A stretch of 63,428 nt of DNA, counting the filler, from Octopus bimaculoides (lineage: Eukaryota): assembly GCF_001194135.2 (NCBI RefSeq). It is 4 parts of 4 records of this genome, joined end to end, with 100 filler letters (N's around TTAATTAATTAA, not from the genome) between each part and the next. Parts side by side here need not be neighbours in the genome. Positions count along the whole stretch, not along the records: positions 43,764 to 61,207 come from NC_069007.1; positions 61,308 to 63,428 come from NW_026334274.1; 2 more parts are not named here. One strand, 5' to 3'. Below the pieces are notes generated by a model. The model was not told the DNA's origin, ran no database searches, and worked only from the letters and a program-made list of their open reading frames with translations. The position numbers and the translations under genes were made by a program. Shown here piece after piece: positions 53,305 through 63,428 of the stretch (the stretch's first letter is position 1; each line of letters begins with the position of its first letter).

Positions 53305-53348
<44 letters not shown>

Positions 53349-53366
53349 NNNNNNNNNNATATATAT

Positions 53367-53566
53367 ATATGTTGTTGTACTTGGGGATGGTCATATTGCC
53401 AGTTTAGCCAATAAAAACACACGCACTGTATATTTGGTGTTAATTTGCTTCAGCTTTATATTACATTAATCTTAATCTTATTTCGGCCAGAGTTCTTTCG
53501 TCACACTTCTGTGACCTCATCAGTGGTCCTTTGTTTCCTTCCTTCTTATGTGTGTCTCACCTTGCT
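53367..53566 (-). mobile_element. (TA)n-flanked hammerhead-carrying repeat, copy 2
   Basis: Near-identical to 43365-43567, with (TA)n on both sides. Confidence 0.55.
53485..53529 (-). ncRNA. Minimal type I hammerhead ribozyme motif with intact core, intronic and sense to the DLEC1-like gene
   Basis: Minus strand reads GGACCA-CTGATGA-G-GTCACA-GAAG-TGTGAC-GAAA-GAAC-TC/TGGCC. This gives a CUGAUGA...GAAA core, a perfect 6-bp stem II, a CUC cleavage triplet and a short stem I (CCA/UGG plus GG/CC). Confidence 0.6.
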
Positions 53567-53865
53567 ATATATATATATGCATATATATCCTATACACCCC
53601 ACATTACTTTTTTTTGCCTCTCTCTCTCCACCCCTACACAGGCAATGATACTATAAAAAGAGACGAATCCCTTAAAAAAAAATTTTAATCTGAAGAATCT
53701 ATTAAAGTAGATGAAAGTGCTATTATATGATTTATAAAAACATGTGACATATTAATAAAAATCTGTAAATGTACAACCATCCAGATCTGTGAGTACCTTA
53801 TTTTTTCTAATATATAATACCTGTATATCACCTCCAAACCTTCTAATATATATATGAATATATGC

Positions 53866-53905
<40 letters not shown>

Positions 53906-54223
53906 ATACATATACATATATATATATGCAAACACATACACACACCTACATACATGCATGCATACATATATACATGCATATATACACATATATATATATA
54001 TATTAGTTTATGTATATATTAATATTATCTCAGTTGTTATAACTTTCAATAATTTAAATACGTTAATAGTTACCAGAGGCAGCACAATTACACTAAAAAA
54101 CAAGATATCACAGCCGTTTTACAGGTAGAGATACCAAGTTAAAGTGATACATTTTGAGAAGATATATATATATATATTTGTTTTGCAAGCTTGGCTAAAC
54201 TGGCAATATGACCATCCCCAAGT

Positions 54224-54286
<63 letters not shown>

Positions 54287-54483
54287 CACACACACACACA
54301 TATATGACGGACTCTCCTGTTGAAGGTGACAAAAGAGCATTCAGCTTTTCTGCCAAACGAACTGCACAAATGATTTATTTAAAGCGATCAAATGTATGTG
54401 CCACACCTTAGCTCACTCCATCCATCAAACCAACATCACCTGAACAGGTGCATAGTGTACCATGCATCAGGTGTTGGAGAGAG

Positions 54484-54515
<32 letters not shown>

Positions 54516-54663
54516 AAGCAATGTGAGATGAAGTGTTTTGCTCAAGAACACGATGCCCCACCCAATCTGGGATCTGAAATCATGATCCCATGACCGTAAG
54601 TGCAACACTCTAACCACAAGGCCATGCCTACACACACACACACACACACACACATGTATATAC

Positions 54664-54694
<31 letters not shown>

Positions 54695-54705
54695 TTCCAA
54701 CTTAC

Positions 54706-54888
54706 TTTAATCTCAGTCCCTTCTTTGATGGCTGGAAAACAGAATTATCAACTGGGAAGCTCTCAGCAGATACGGAGTAGGTACTTTCGATCTGAGTGAC
54801 GTTTTTGATACGGAGATACAAGCACGGTTTGGTGGCCACCATTACTTCCTCACCAAAGTCTAATACTACAGGTTCATCATTATCATTA
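54706..54888 (-). CDS. DLEC1: DLEC1-like exon D (183 nt, phase 2 to 2): NDNDEPVVLDFGEEVMVATKPCLYLRIKNVTQIESTYSVSAESFPVDNSVFQPSKKGLRL
   Basis: Acceptor attattccAG, donor AA|GTAAGT. The LDFG...L.I.N.T.I pattern fits the Ig-like ASH-type repeats of DLEC1 (LRLDFGSAVPLRTRVTRQLILTNRSPI). Confidence 0.87.
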
Positions 54889-55025
54889 CTGGAATAATAG
54901 CAGAGTGACAACAGCAAATGGCATGAGATGCTAAGCTATTCCTCTATTGTGTTGTAGAAGATTCGATAAAGACATATTTTCTCAAGTTAAAGGAGAACCA
55001 GCCAGTGGTGTGTTAGATATGGTGG

Positions 55026-55270
55026 TATTACAGACCTTGTCATATACAAGGGGCCAATGTTAAAAATGGTTAAGGTACAGTTGAGGGCACAACACCTCAT
55101 ATATTGCAGGCAAGCCCTTGTCATAGATAGGGACCAATGTCAAAAGGGGTTAAGCTGCAAACAAGGGTACAATACTTTATATGTTATGAGCAACAAACTT
55201 TATCATAGATAGGGGCCAATGTCAAAAGGGGTTTAGCTACAGATGAGGTCATGACATCTCTTATATTACA
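55026..55270. repeat. Degenerate tandem repeat of about 81 bp, three copies
   Basis: GTCATA.A.AGGG.CCAATGT.AAAA..GGTT.AG recurs at 55039, 55120 and about 55201. Confidence 0.75.
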
Positions 55271-55490
55271 GGCAGTGAGCTGGCTGAATCGTTAGCATGC
55301 AGGGCAAAATGCTTAGCAGTATTTCGTCTGCCATTACATTCTGAGTTCAAATTCCGCCAAGGTTGACTTTGCTTTTCATCTTTTTGGGGTCGATTAAATA
55401 AGTACCAGTTACGCACTGGGGTCGATGTAATTGACTTATACCCTTTGTTTGTCTCCTCTGTGTTTAGCCCCTGTGTGCAATAAAGAAATA
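55271..55490 (+). mobile_element. Complete SINE family A copy with target-site duplication TATATTACA
   Basis: TATATTACA at 55262-55270 and 55491-55499 flanks the element. Confidence 0.85.
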
Positions 55491-56156
55491 TATATTACAG
55501 ACAACACTTTATGAAACACAAAAGATTAATGTAGGGGATGGTCTGGAGGAAAGGGCTGTGCTTTTGGTATTTGCTGATGTTTCCTAGACTGTTGCAAATT
55601 CACAACTGCAGAAATAAAACTTGCATGGGTTGATAACCTGGGAAAAAAATGAGTTGGGGTAATTAATGTGGAAACTTGGATGATGAGCACAGAGACTGGA
55701 TCAACCTGGCATTATAGCAGATAGCAGAAAGCACTGACCCAAGATATGATGGGGCAGTAAGGAGTGAACCAGGATCTATGAGAATGCAAATGCATGGCAC
55801 CTTGGGCAAGTGTCTTCTACTATAGCCTCAGGCTGACCAAAGCCTTGTAAGTGGATTTGGTAGACGGAAACTGAAAGAAGCCCATTGTATGTGTGTGTGT
55901 GTCTTTGTGTCTGTGTTTGTCCCCCACCACTACTTGACAATTGGTGTTGATGTGATTATATCCCCCGTAACTTAGCAGTTCAGCAAAAGATATCAATAGA
56001 ATAAGAAACAGGCTTAAGGAAAACAAAAATACTGGAGTCAATTCGTTGAACGAAAATTCTTCAAGGTGGTGCTCCAGCATGGCCACAGTCAAATGACTGA
56101 AAAAAGATAAATGATAATGAAAATTAAAAACAGCAGGTGTGATACTCTTCACTTAC

Positions 56157-56293
56157 CTTTCATCGGTGAAATAACCGTCTTTTGATACCTGGTATTGTAT
56201 AATTAATCCCTTCACGTCAGCAGTAATGGCCAAACAGAGAAACTTGGGCATTTCCATTACTTTACATTGAATAAATACATCGTCAAACACCAT
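56157..56293 (-). CDS. DLEC1: DLEC1-like exon C (137 nt, phase 0 to 2): MVFDDVFIQCKVMEMPKFLCLAITADVKGLIIQYQVSKDGYFTDE
   Basis: Acceptor tttgtcttatAG, donor AAG|GTAAGT, in phase. Resembles DLEC1 LALPCHVSGMKKPLVLGISGKPQGL. Not in the ORF track. Confidence 0.85.
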
Positions 56294-56595
56294 CTATAAG
56301 ACAAACAATTACAACGAGATTTGAAGGAGTTGAATATTATTGTAACTTTTTGTTTTTGTTTCTATACGAAGGGGTACGGAAAAGTTTCTGGCTTTAGATG
56401 CAAGAAAATACAAGAGGATCAATTAATTAAGACTTCATTCAATATGTTCTCCCTCTCAGATTTACACACTTATTGCAGCAGTCCTTCAGTTTTTCTAAAC
56501 CCTGTAAAAGAACTCAGGAGGTTGGGCCTCCAACCAAGCCTTTCACGATACCCTCAAAGCCAGGAACTCTTTACATATATATATATATATATATT

Positions 56596-56899
56596 TAAGT
56601 ACAAAGACCTAGAAATAGAAGTGACCAAGATTGGAGCATTAGGGCTAATTAAAAAGGGCCTTGATAAGCAGCTCAACAAACTCCCTTGCAGTGTTAAGGT
56701 GGGAGAACTTCAGAAAATAGTNNNNNNNNNNAACTCCCTTGCAGTGTTAAGGTGGGAGAACTTCAGAAAATAGTGTTGCTAGGTTCCGCACACATTTTAC
56801 ACCGTGTACTCTCCATGAGATGAGGACGTGCTGTGACCCTAAGGTCAAGGGATGACCCCGGTTCAGCAGAAGACAATGGACCATATTTTATTTTTTTAA

Positions 56900-56935
<36 letters not shown>
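56596..56935 (+). mobile_element. R4/Dong-type 3-prime remnant with (TAA)n tail, in a DLEC1 intron
   Basis: KYKDLEIEVTK/IGALGLIKKG...ELQKIVLLGSAHILHRVLS-stop, followed by a UTR and (AAT)n. Confidence 0.8.
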
Positions 56936-57860
56936 CTTTTCTACTAAAGGCACAAGGCCTGAAATTTGTAGGGATGGGAATAGTCAATTACATCAACCCC
57001 AGTATTTCACTGGTACTTAGTTTATCAACCTCAGAAGGATGAGAGGCAAAGTCAACCCCAGCAGAATTTGAACTCAGATCGTGCAAATGAATGGAACGCC
57101 AGCTTGCCAACTTAATAATAATAATAATTATCTTTTCTACTATAGACATAAGGCCTCGATTTTTGTGGGGTGGGGGGGGGGCAATCAATCACATCGACCC
57201 CAGTACTTGACTGGTACTTAATTTATTGACCCCGAAAGGATCAAAGGCAAAGTCGACCTTGGTAGATGAATAATAATAATAATGATAACATAATATTAAG
57301 AAAATATCAAATGTTTTGGTGCAGGACACATAAAAAAAACACTTTCTGAACACTGGGCCTCATGGAGGCAGTGATAAATGCCGTGCTTGAAAAGAAGACC
57401 CATCAAGCCAAGCTAAATTGTAGTTGTGCCAGATATTGGTGTCAGGCAAACTGGCACGTAAAAGCACCCATTAAACTCTGAGAGTGGTTGGTGTTAGGAA
57501 GGGCAACCAGCCGTAGAAACCCTGCCAAATCAGACTAGAGTCTGGTGCAGCCCCTCAGCTTACCAGCCCTGATCAAACTGTCCAACCCATGCCAGCATGG
57601 ACAACAGATGTTAAATGATGATAATGATGATGATGATGACACACAAACATCTATGTAAATATGAGTGTATATGTATGTTAACAGCATCGATTTTCTCCAA
57701 ATACATGGTCTCTGTTCTTTCACTCTTGCCCTATTCGACAGTGCCCATACTGGAGCATCTCACTACTATGACTTTTCCCTAATATTAGATAAATCCAACA
57801 TCCACCACAACTAAGCAGAAAGAACGAAAACAGGTCCACCTCACTCCCAGACATAAATAC

Positions 57861-57971
57861 CTGTTCCTTGGAAAAAAAAGTCAGATTAAAAGGTTCCGTT
57901 TTTGTTGGAGAGATAATTCCTCTGTTCGGAAGGATTTCTATTTCACACAGGTGGGCTTGACTCCCAACAGG
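57861..57971 (-). CDS. DLEC1: DLEC1-like exon B (111 nt, phase 0 to 0): PVGSQAHLCEIEILPNRGIISPTKTEPFNLTFFSKEQ
   Basis: Acceptor cctctttcAG, donor CAG|GTATTT, phases match both neighbouring exons. Resembles DLEC1 LLGHQAEFCMVTVSPKHGLLGP. Not in the ORF track. Confidence 0.85.
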
Positions 57972-58164
57972 CTGAAAGAGGATGGTTTAGTCTGTTAAAT
58001 TGATTCCTTTTAAGGAGCAGAAACAGTGGATATTGCAGGAAGAGGGGATATTACAAAGGCATCAAACAGTTGAAAAAATAGAATGATTTTGATAGAGTAG
58101 TTCTGTATTGTTTTACAAAGTTTGGTTAAATTTTACATACATGTTTGTGAGTTTGTGTGTATGT

Positions 58165-59280
58165 GAGAGGGGGAAGGGAGGGAGGGAAGGAGAGAGGGGA
58201 GGGAGATAGGGGAGGGAAGGAAGGAGAGAGAGGGGAGAGGGGAGGAGAGAGAGGAGGGAGAAAGTGTGTGTGTGTGNNNNNNNNNNNNNNNNNNNNNNNN
58301 NNNNNNNNNNNNNNNNNNNNNNNNNNNNNNNNNNNNNNNNNNNNNNNNNNNNNNNNNNNNNNNNNNNNNNNNNNNNNNNNNNNNNNNNNNNNNNNNNNNN
58401 NNNNNNNNNNNNNNNNNNNNNNNNNNNNNNNNNNNNNNNNNNNNNNNNNNNNNNNNNNNNNNNNNNNNNNNNNNNNNNNNNNNNNNNNNNNNNNNNNNNN
58501 NNNNNNNNNNNNNNNNNNNNNNNNNNNNNNNNNNNNNNNNNNNNNNNNNNNNNNNNNNNNNNNNNNNNNNNNNNNNNNNNNNNGGGGAGGAGAGAGAGGG
58601 GAGAGGGGAGGAGAGAGAGGAGGGAGAAAGTGTGTGTGTGTGTGAGGGGGTCAAGATAGAAAGTGTGTGTGTGTGAGAGAGATAGAAAGTGTGTGTGTGT
58701 GTGTGGGTTTAATATAAAAAGGAGAAAGAAAGAGAGAACTTAAGAATAGAATGCAATGGTGTTCTGCTAATTGATGCTCTGTAGTTCTGAGCTTCATGTC
58801 TTTGATCATCGAAGACAGAATTTAATGAATGAGACAGGCAATGGTTCCACTAACGAAGATTGTAATAATGGGAAGTGAAATGTCTAAGAGAAGGATGATA
58901 AATACCAGTGAATATGATGAAAATGACAATGAATGAGATAACGAGAGCAAATGACAACAAAGAGAACGAAATTGACGATGATGATGATGATGAAGACAAC
59001 GCAGAAAGTGACACTAAAGAGGGTAAAAAAAAAAAGACAATGACAATATGAAAGATGATGAAGAAGAGGGGAAGAATGAAGGAGAATAAGAAAGAAGGAA
59101 GAAACAAATGGAGAAATAAAGGAAGGAAGGAAGGAAGGAAGGAAGGAAAGAGGAAGGAAGGAAGGAAGGAAAATTGGAAGGAAGGAAGGAAGGAAGGAAG
59201 GAAAGAGGAAGGAAGGAAGGAAGAAAGGAAGTAAATAGGAAGGAAGGAAGGAAAATAAGAAGGAAGGAAGTAAGGAAGAC
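58165..59280. repeat. GA-rich, (TG)n and (GGAA)n low-complexity tracts in DLEC1 introns
   Basis: Visible at 58165-58705 and 59090-59280. Confidence 0.9.
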
Positions 59281-59344
59281 AGTAAAGCAGAAAAATAGGA
59301 ATCTTTTTTGTTGTCTCTGCCAATGGCAAAGAATTGCTGCTCAC

Positions 59345-59498
59345 CTTCAGCCATTCATATTGTGCTTCTACATAGGAATTATTAATGAGAGACACACTGA
59401 ATCTGGTTTGAATGCCACAGGAAATGGCACCCATATCCAACTGACAAGATTCCAGTACAACATACGGCACTTCCACCTCTCCACGGACAGCAACAATA
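59345..59498 (-). CDS. DLEC1: DLEC1/CFAP81-like gene, internal exon A (154 nt, phase 2 to 0): IVAVRGEVEVPYVVLESCQLDMGAISCGIQTRFSVSLINNSYVEAQYEWLK
   Basis: Acceptor ttttgccAG, donor AAG|GTGAGC, open frame. The peptide resembles the DLEC1 segment I recall as PVHAEVQKPHVYL...TLINGTLLPTQFHWGK (recalled, not searched). Confidence 0.85.
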
Positions 59499-60048
59499 CT
59501 GGCAAAATTGAACAGGGGAAAAGAATAAATGGCAGACGTTTCCATTTTTTATTGGAACGAGAAGGTAGTGGATTCACAAACATACATACACACACACACA
59601 TATATATGCACACACACACATATATATGCACACACACACACACACACCATCATCATCATCATCATCTTTAATGTCTGTACACACAGCACATGAATATGCA
59701 GAATACATACATACATACATATATGCATACACACACATACATTCATACATAAATACATACGTACGTACGTATGTATGTATATATACATTCATCCTCATCA
59801 TCATTTAACGTCCTTTGTCCATGCTGGCATGGGTTGGATGGTTCGACTGGGCTGGCATGCGGAAAGGCTGTACCAGACTCCAGTCTGATTTGGCATGGTT
59901 TCTATGGCTGGACGCCCTTCCTAATGACAACCACTCTGAGAATGTAATAGGTGCTTTTATGTGCCATTTGCATGACACCGGGGTGCATCTATGTGTCACT
60001 GGAATGGGTGCCTATTTGCGTGACACATGGTATCTGCCACACACACAA

Positions 60049-60107
<59 letters not shown>

Positions 60108-60240
60108 CATATACACGCATACATATATACATGCATATATATATATATATGCATATATATATATACATACATACATATATGTGTGTGTGAATATATACAT
60201 ACATACACACATATATATACATGCATATATACATACATGC

Positions 60241-60271
<31 letters not shown>

Positions 60272-61207
60272 CAAAGTTTCAAATTTATACATTTAATAAA
60301 GAGATTCAACACTGAAGTTTAATATAGCCATGTATTCATCCAATAACCATTAAAATAAGTCAAATATATTAGTTGTCGTACACGTCATCAGGAATAATTT
60401 TCATTAGAACAAAAAAAAAACACATAATGAATTAATCGAACAAAATCAAATTTAAAATTTTAATCTATACCACACTCTTTTTAACGTTATCGGTCAAATA
60501 TGAAATCCTTTCTGTTTACATATGCTTACTTGCAATAGGGGAGGTAACTCCTTGCCATATTCTATGACTATTACACCACTACCAATAATCACTAAAATTT
60601 CTCTTATTTATTATTAATTATTCAAGACATATAAATTATCTTAGGGGCCACTGGAAAGCCACAATTACTATTGACAAATTTTACATTGATATGCCTGCCT
60701 TAAAATCCAATATTATACTACATATTACCATGAAATATGAGCCATAAAAAAAAAAAAAAAAATTCAATTGCAATAGGAATAATTACTTCTAGGAATTTTT
60801 TCAAAACCCACATGTGTTATATTTAATTTATATTTTAACATATTAATATTGTCTGCTATAATTATTATATTCTATGGACTCCATATTATAAATTATAAAC
60901 AATTCTCACCTTAATGGAGATCCACAGTGTGCCATCCTATCTCTAGTATTTTATTCAAGACCCACAATTATTATTGTCAAGTTATATAGCCTGCTTTAAG
61001 ATCTAATAACACACTATATTGTACTGTACTGTACTACAAGTTATAAATAACTCTTCATTATAATTAATCCATACTAAGTTGTGCCTAGATTTTAATGGCA
61101 AAATTCCAGCCACTACTTATAACTTTAATATTTGATATTTAAATATGGCCTGCCTTCATATCCAATATTATATACCGTTATTATTATTATTCAGTAGTTT
61201 TATTTTT

Positions 61208-61307
61208 NNNNNNNNNNNNNNNNNNNNNNNNNNNNNNNNNNNNNNNNNNNNTTAATTAATTAANNNNNNNNNNNNNNNNNNNNNNNNNNNNNNNNNNNNN
61301 NNNNNNN
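61208..61307. other. Artificial scaffold-joining spacer
   Basis: N44-TTAATTAATTAA-N44. Confidence 0.95.
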
Positions 61308-61850
61308 GCCGCCATCATATATCACCCTCGCCACCACCGCCGCCATCATACATCACCGTCGTCACCACCGCCGCCATCATACATCACCCTCGTCACCACC
61401 GCCGCAATCAAACATCGCCCTTGCCAACACCGCCTCCATCATACGCCAACCTCGCCACCACCGCCGCCAGCATACATCACCATCGTCACCTCCTTTGCCC
61501 TCTTATATCACCACCGCAGCCACCACCTTCACATCTGTAGTCTGTCACCACCAACCCTACCTTTTGTCATTTACACCGCCATCTCCTTCATGACTGCACA
61601 CGTCGATCGTCTTAGGGCGGGGAAGCGGTATGGCGTATGATTGCGGCGGTGGTGGCAAGGGCGATGTATAATGAGGGCGGTGGAGACGAGGGTGATATAT
61701 GATGGCGATGGTGGGGGCGTGGTTTGCATATGATGGCGGCAGTGGTGGTGAGGGTGTTGTATGATGACGGAGGTGGTGGCAACGGTGAAGTATGAAGGCG
61801 GCGGTGGTGGCGAGGGTGATGTATGATGGCGGCAGTGGAGACGTGGGTGA
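61308..61850. repeat. 31-bp GC-rich minisatellite arranged as two inverted arrays
   Basis: GCCGCCATCATACATCACCCTCGCCACCACC about 7 times at 61308-61530, and reverse-complement units at about 61620-61850. Confidence 0.85.
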
Positions 61851-61855
61851 TCGCC

Positions 61856-63240
61856 GACGCAACAGCGTGCCTAGTGGCGCAAAAACGTGCCCAAAGCCGC
61901 GACTACGTATTCCAAGCCGTAAATTCCAGCCGTTGCCCGTTTATACGAAACTGCGGCAGTATGTGTGCCGCTNNNNNNNNNNGACGCAACAGCGTGCCTA
62001 GTGGCGCAAAAACGTTCCCAAAGCCGCGACTACGTATTCCAAGCCGTAAATTCCAGCCGTTGCCCGTTTATACGAAACTGCGGCAGTATGTGTGCCGCTG
62101 CAGCTATAAGTACGTACCTGCGGCTGTAACAACAAGCCTGAACACGTAGATACGAAAGAGTGGTGGCAAAATGAAGCTCCACAACGTAAATCTGTACCCG
62201 CCAACACAACAGCGTGCCTAGTGGCGCAAAAACGTGCTCGAAGCCGCGACTACGTATTGCAACACCTAAATACCAGACGATACCCGTTTATACGAAACTG
62301 CGGCGGTATGTGTGTCACTGCGGCTGAAACAACAAATCTAAACACGTCAGTACGAATCAATGGCAAAAAAATAGACTCCACAACGTAAATCTGTACCCGC
62401 CGACGCAACAGCGTGCCTAGTTGCGCAAAAACGTGCCCAAAGCCGCGGCTACGTAATCGAAGCCGTAAATATCAGCCGATGCCCGTTTATACGAAACTGC
62501 GGCAGTATGTGCGTCACTGCGGCTATAAGTATGTACTTGCGGCTGTAACAACAAACCTGAACACGTAAATACGAAACTATGGCGACAAAAATAAGCTTCA
62601 CAACGTAAATCTGTAGCCGCCGACGCAACAGCGTGCCTGGTGGCGCAAAAACTTGCACAAAGCCGCGACTACGTATTCCAAGCCGTAAATACCAGCCGTT
62701 GACCGTTTTTACGAAACTGCGGCAGTATGTGTGTCGCTGCAGCTATAAGTACGTACCTGCGGCTTTAACAACAAACCTGAACACGTAAATACGAAGCAGT
62801 GGCGACAAAATGAAGCTCCACAACGTAAGTCTGTAACAAGAAACCTGTACACGTAAATACGAAACAGTGGAAACAAAATTAAGCTCCACAACGTAAATCT
62901 GTACCCGGCGACGCAATAGCGTGCCTAGTGGCGTAAAAACGTGCCCAAATCCACGACTACGCATTCCAAGCCGTAAATACCAGCCGATGCCCGTTTATAC
63001 GAAACTGTGGTATTAGGTGCGTCGCTGTTGCTATAAGTACGTACTTGCGGCTGAAACAACAAATTTGAAAACGTAAGTACAAAACAATGGCGACAAAAAA
63101 AAGATCCACAACGTAAATCTGGATCCGCCGACGCAATAGCGTGCCTTGTGGAGCAAAAAAGTGCCCAAAGCCGCGACTACGTAATCCAAGCCGTAAATAC
63201 CAGCCGATGCCCGTTTATACGAAACTGCGGCAGTATGTGT
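61856..63240. repeat. CpG-rich satellite with a unit of about 220 bp, at least 5-6 copies
   Basis: Unit starts at 61983, 62203, 62402, 62622, 62910 and 63130 (periods 220, 199, 220, 288, 220). Confidence 0.93.
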
Positions 63241-63270
63241 GTCACAGTATGTGTGTCACACCGTATGAGC

Positions 63271-63428
63271 GAAATTCGAACTACGTGCGTCCGGTCAACC
63301 TCCCTCTGCACCGTCCGAGAGAAATTCGAACTACGTGCATCCGTTCGGCGTCCATCTGCACCGTTCCAGCGGAATTCAGACGTACGTGTGACCGGTCGGC
63401 CTCCCTCTTCACCGTTCGAGCGGAATTC
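63271..63428. repeat. 50-bp CpG-rich tandem repeat running to the end of the window
   Basis: G(A/G)AATTC unit starts at 63271, 63321, 63371 and 63422. Confidence 0.88.

Noticed and set aside
58850-59344. Hydrophobic FLPS-rich extension of the 231-aa ORF
   Set aside because: Translation of intronic (TTCC)n after the GTGAG donor.
61856-63428. Regular repeats as a possible CRISPR array
   Set aside because: The units are contiguous tandem copies with no unique spacers, there are no cas genes, and the context is eukaryotic.

Overview
AT-rich, repeat-saturated animal genomic DNA. The microsatellite load and the tRNA-derived SINE families suggest a cephalopod (octopus-type) assembly; this is inference. 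The window is not one continuous sequence. Three identical 100-bp spacers (N44-TTAATTAATTAA-N44) join four pieces: 1-31896, 31997-43663, 43764-61207 and 61308-63428. The only host gene I can support is a minus-strand DLEC1 (CFAP81)-like ciliary gene. Six consecutive GT-AG exons between 59498 and 48504 splice in phase into one 265-codon open frame, and three of them are missing from the ORF track. The rest is mobile or repetitive DNA: three Tc1/mariner remnants, several R4/Dong-type non-LTR elements next to (TAA)n, RTE and CR1/L2 LINE fragments, a Helitron carrying telomere-like repeats, a MITE with 46-bp perfect TIRs, at least four SINE families, micro- and minisatellites, and a terminal CpG-rich compound satellite (31, 220 and 50 bp units). 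The most unusual signal is a minimal type I hammerhead ribozyme motif (53485-53529). It lies in the sense orientation inside a DLEC1 intron and is carried by a (TA)n-flanked dispersed repeat. There are no CRISPR arrays, rRNA genes or true tRNA genes.
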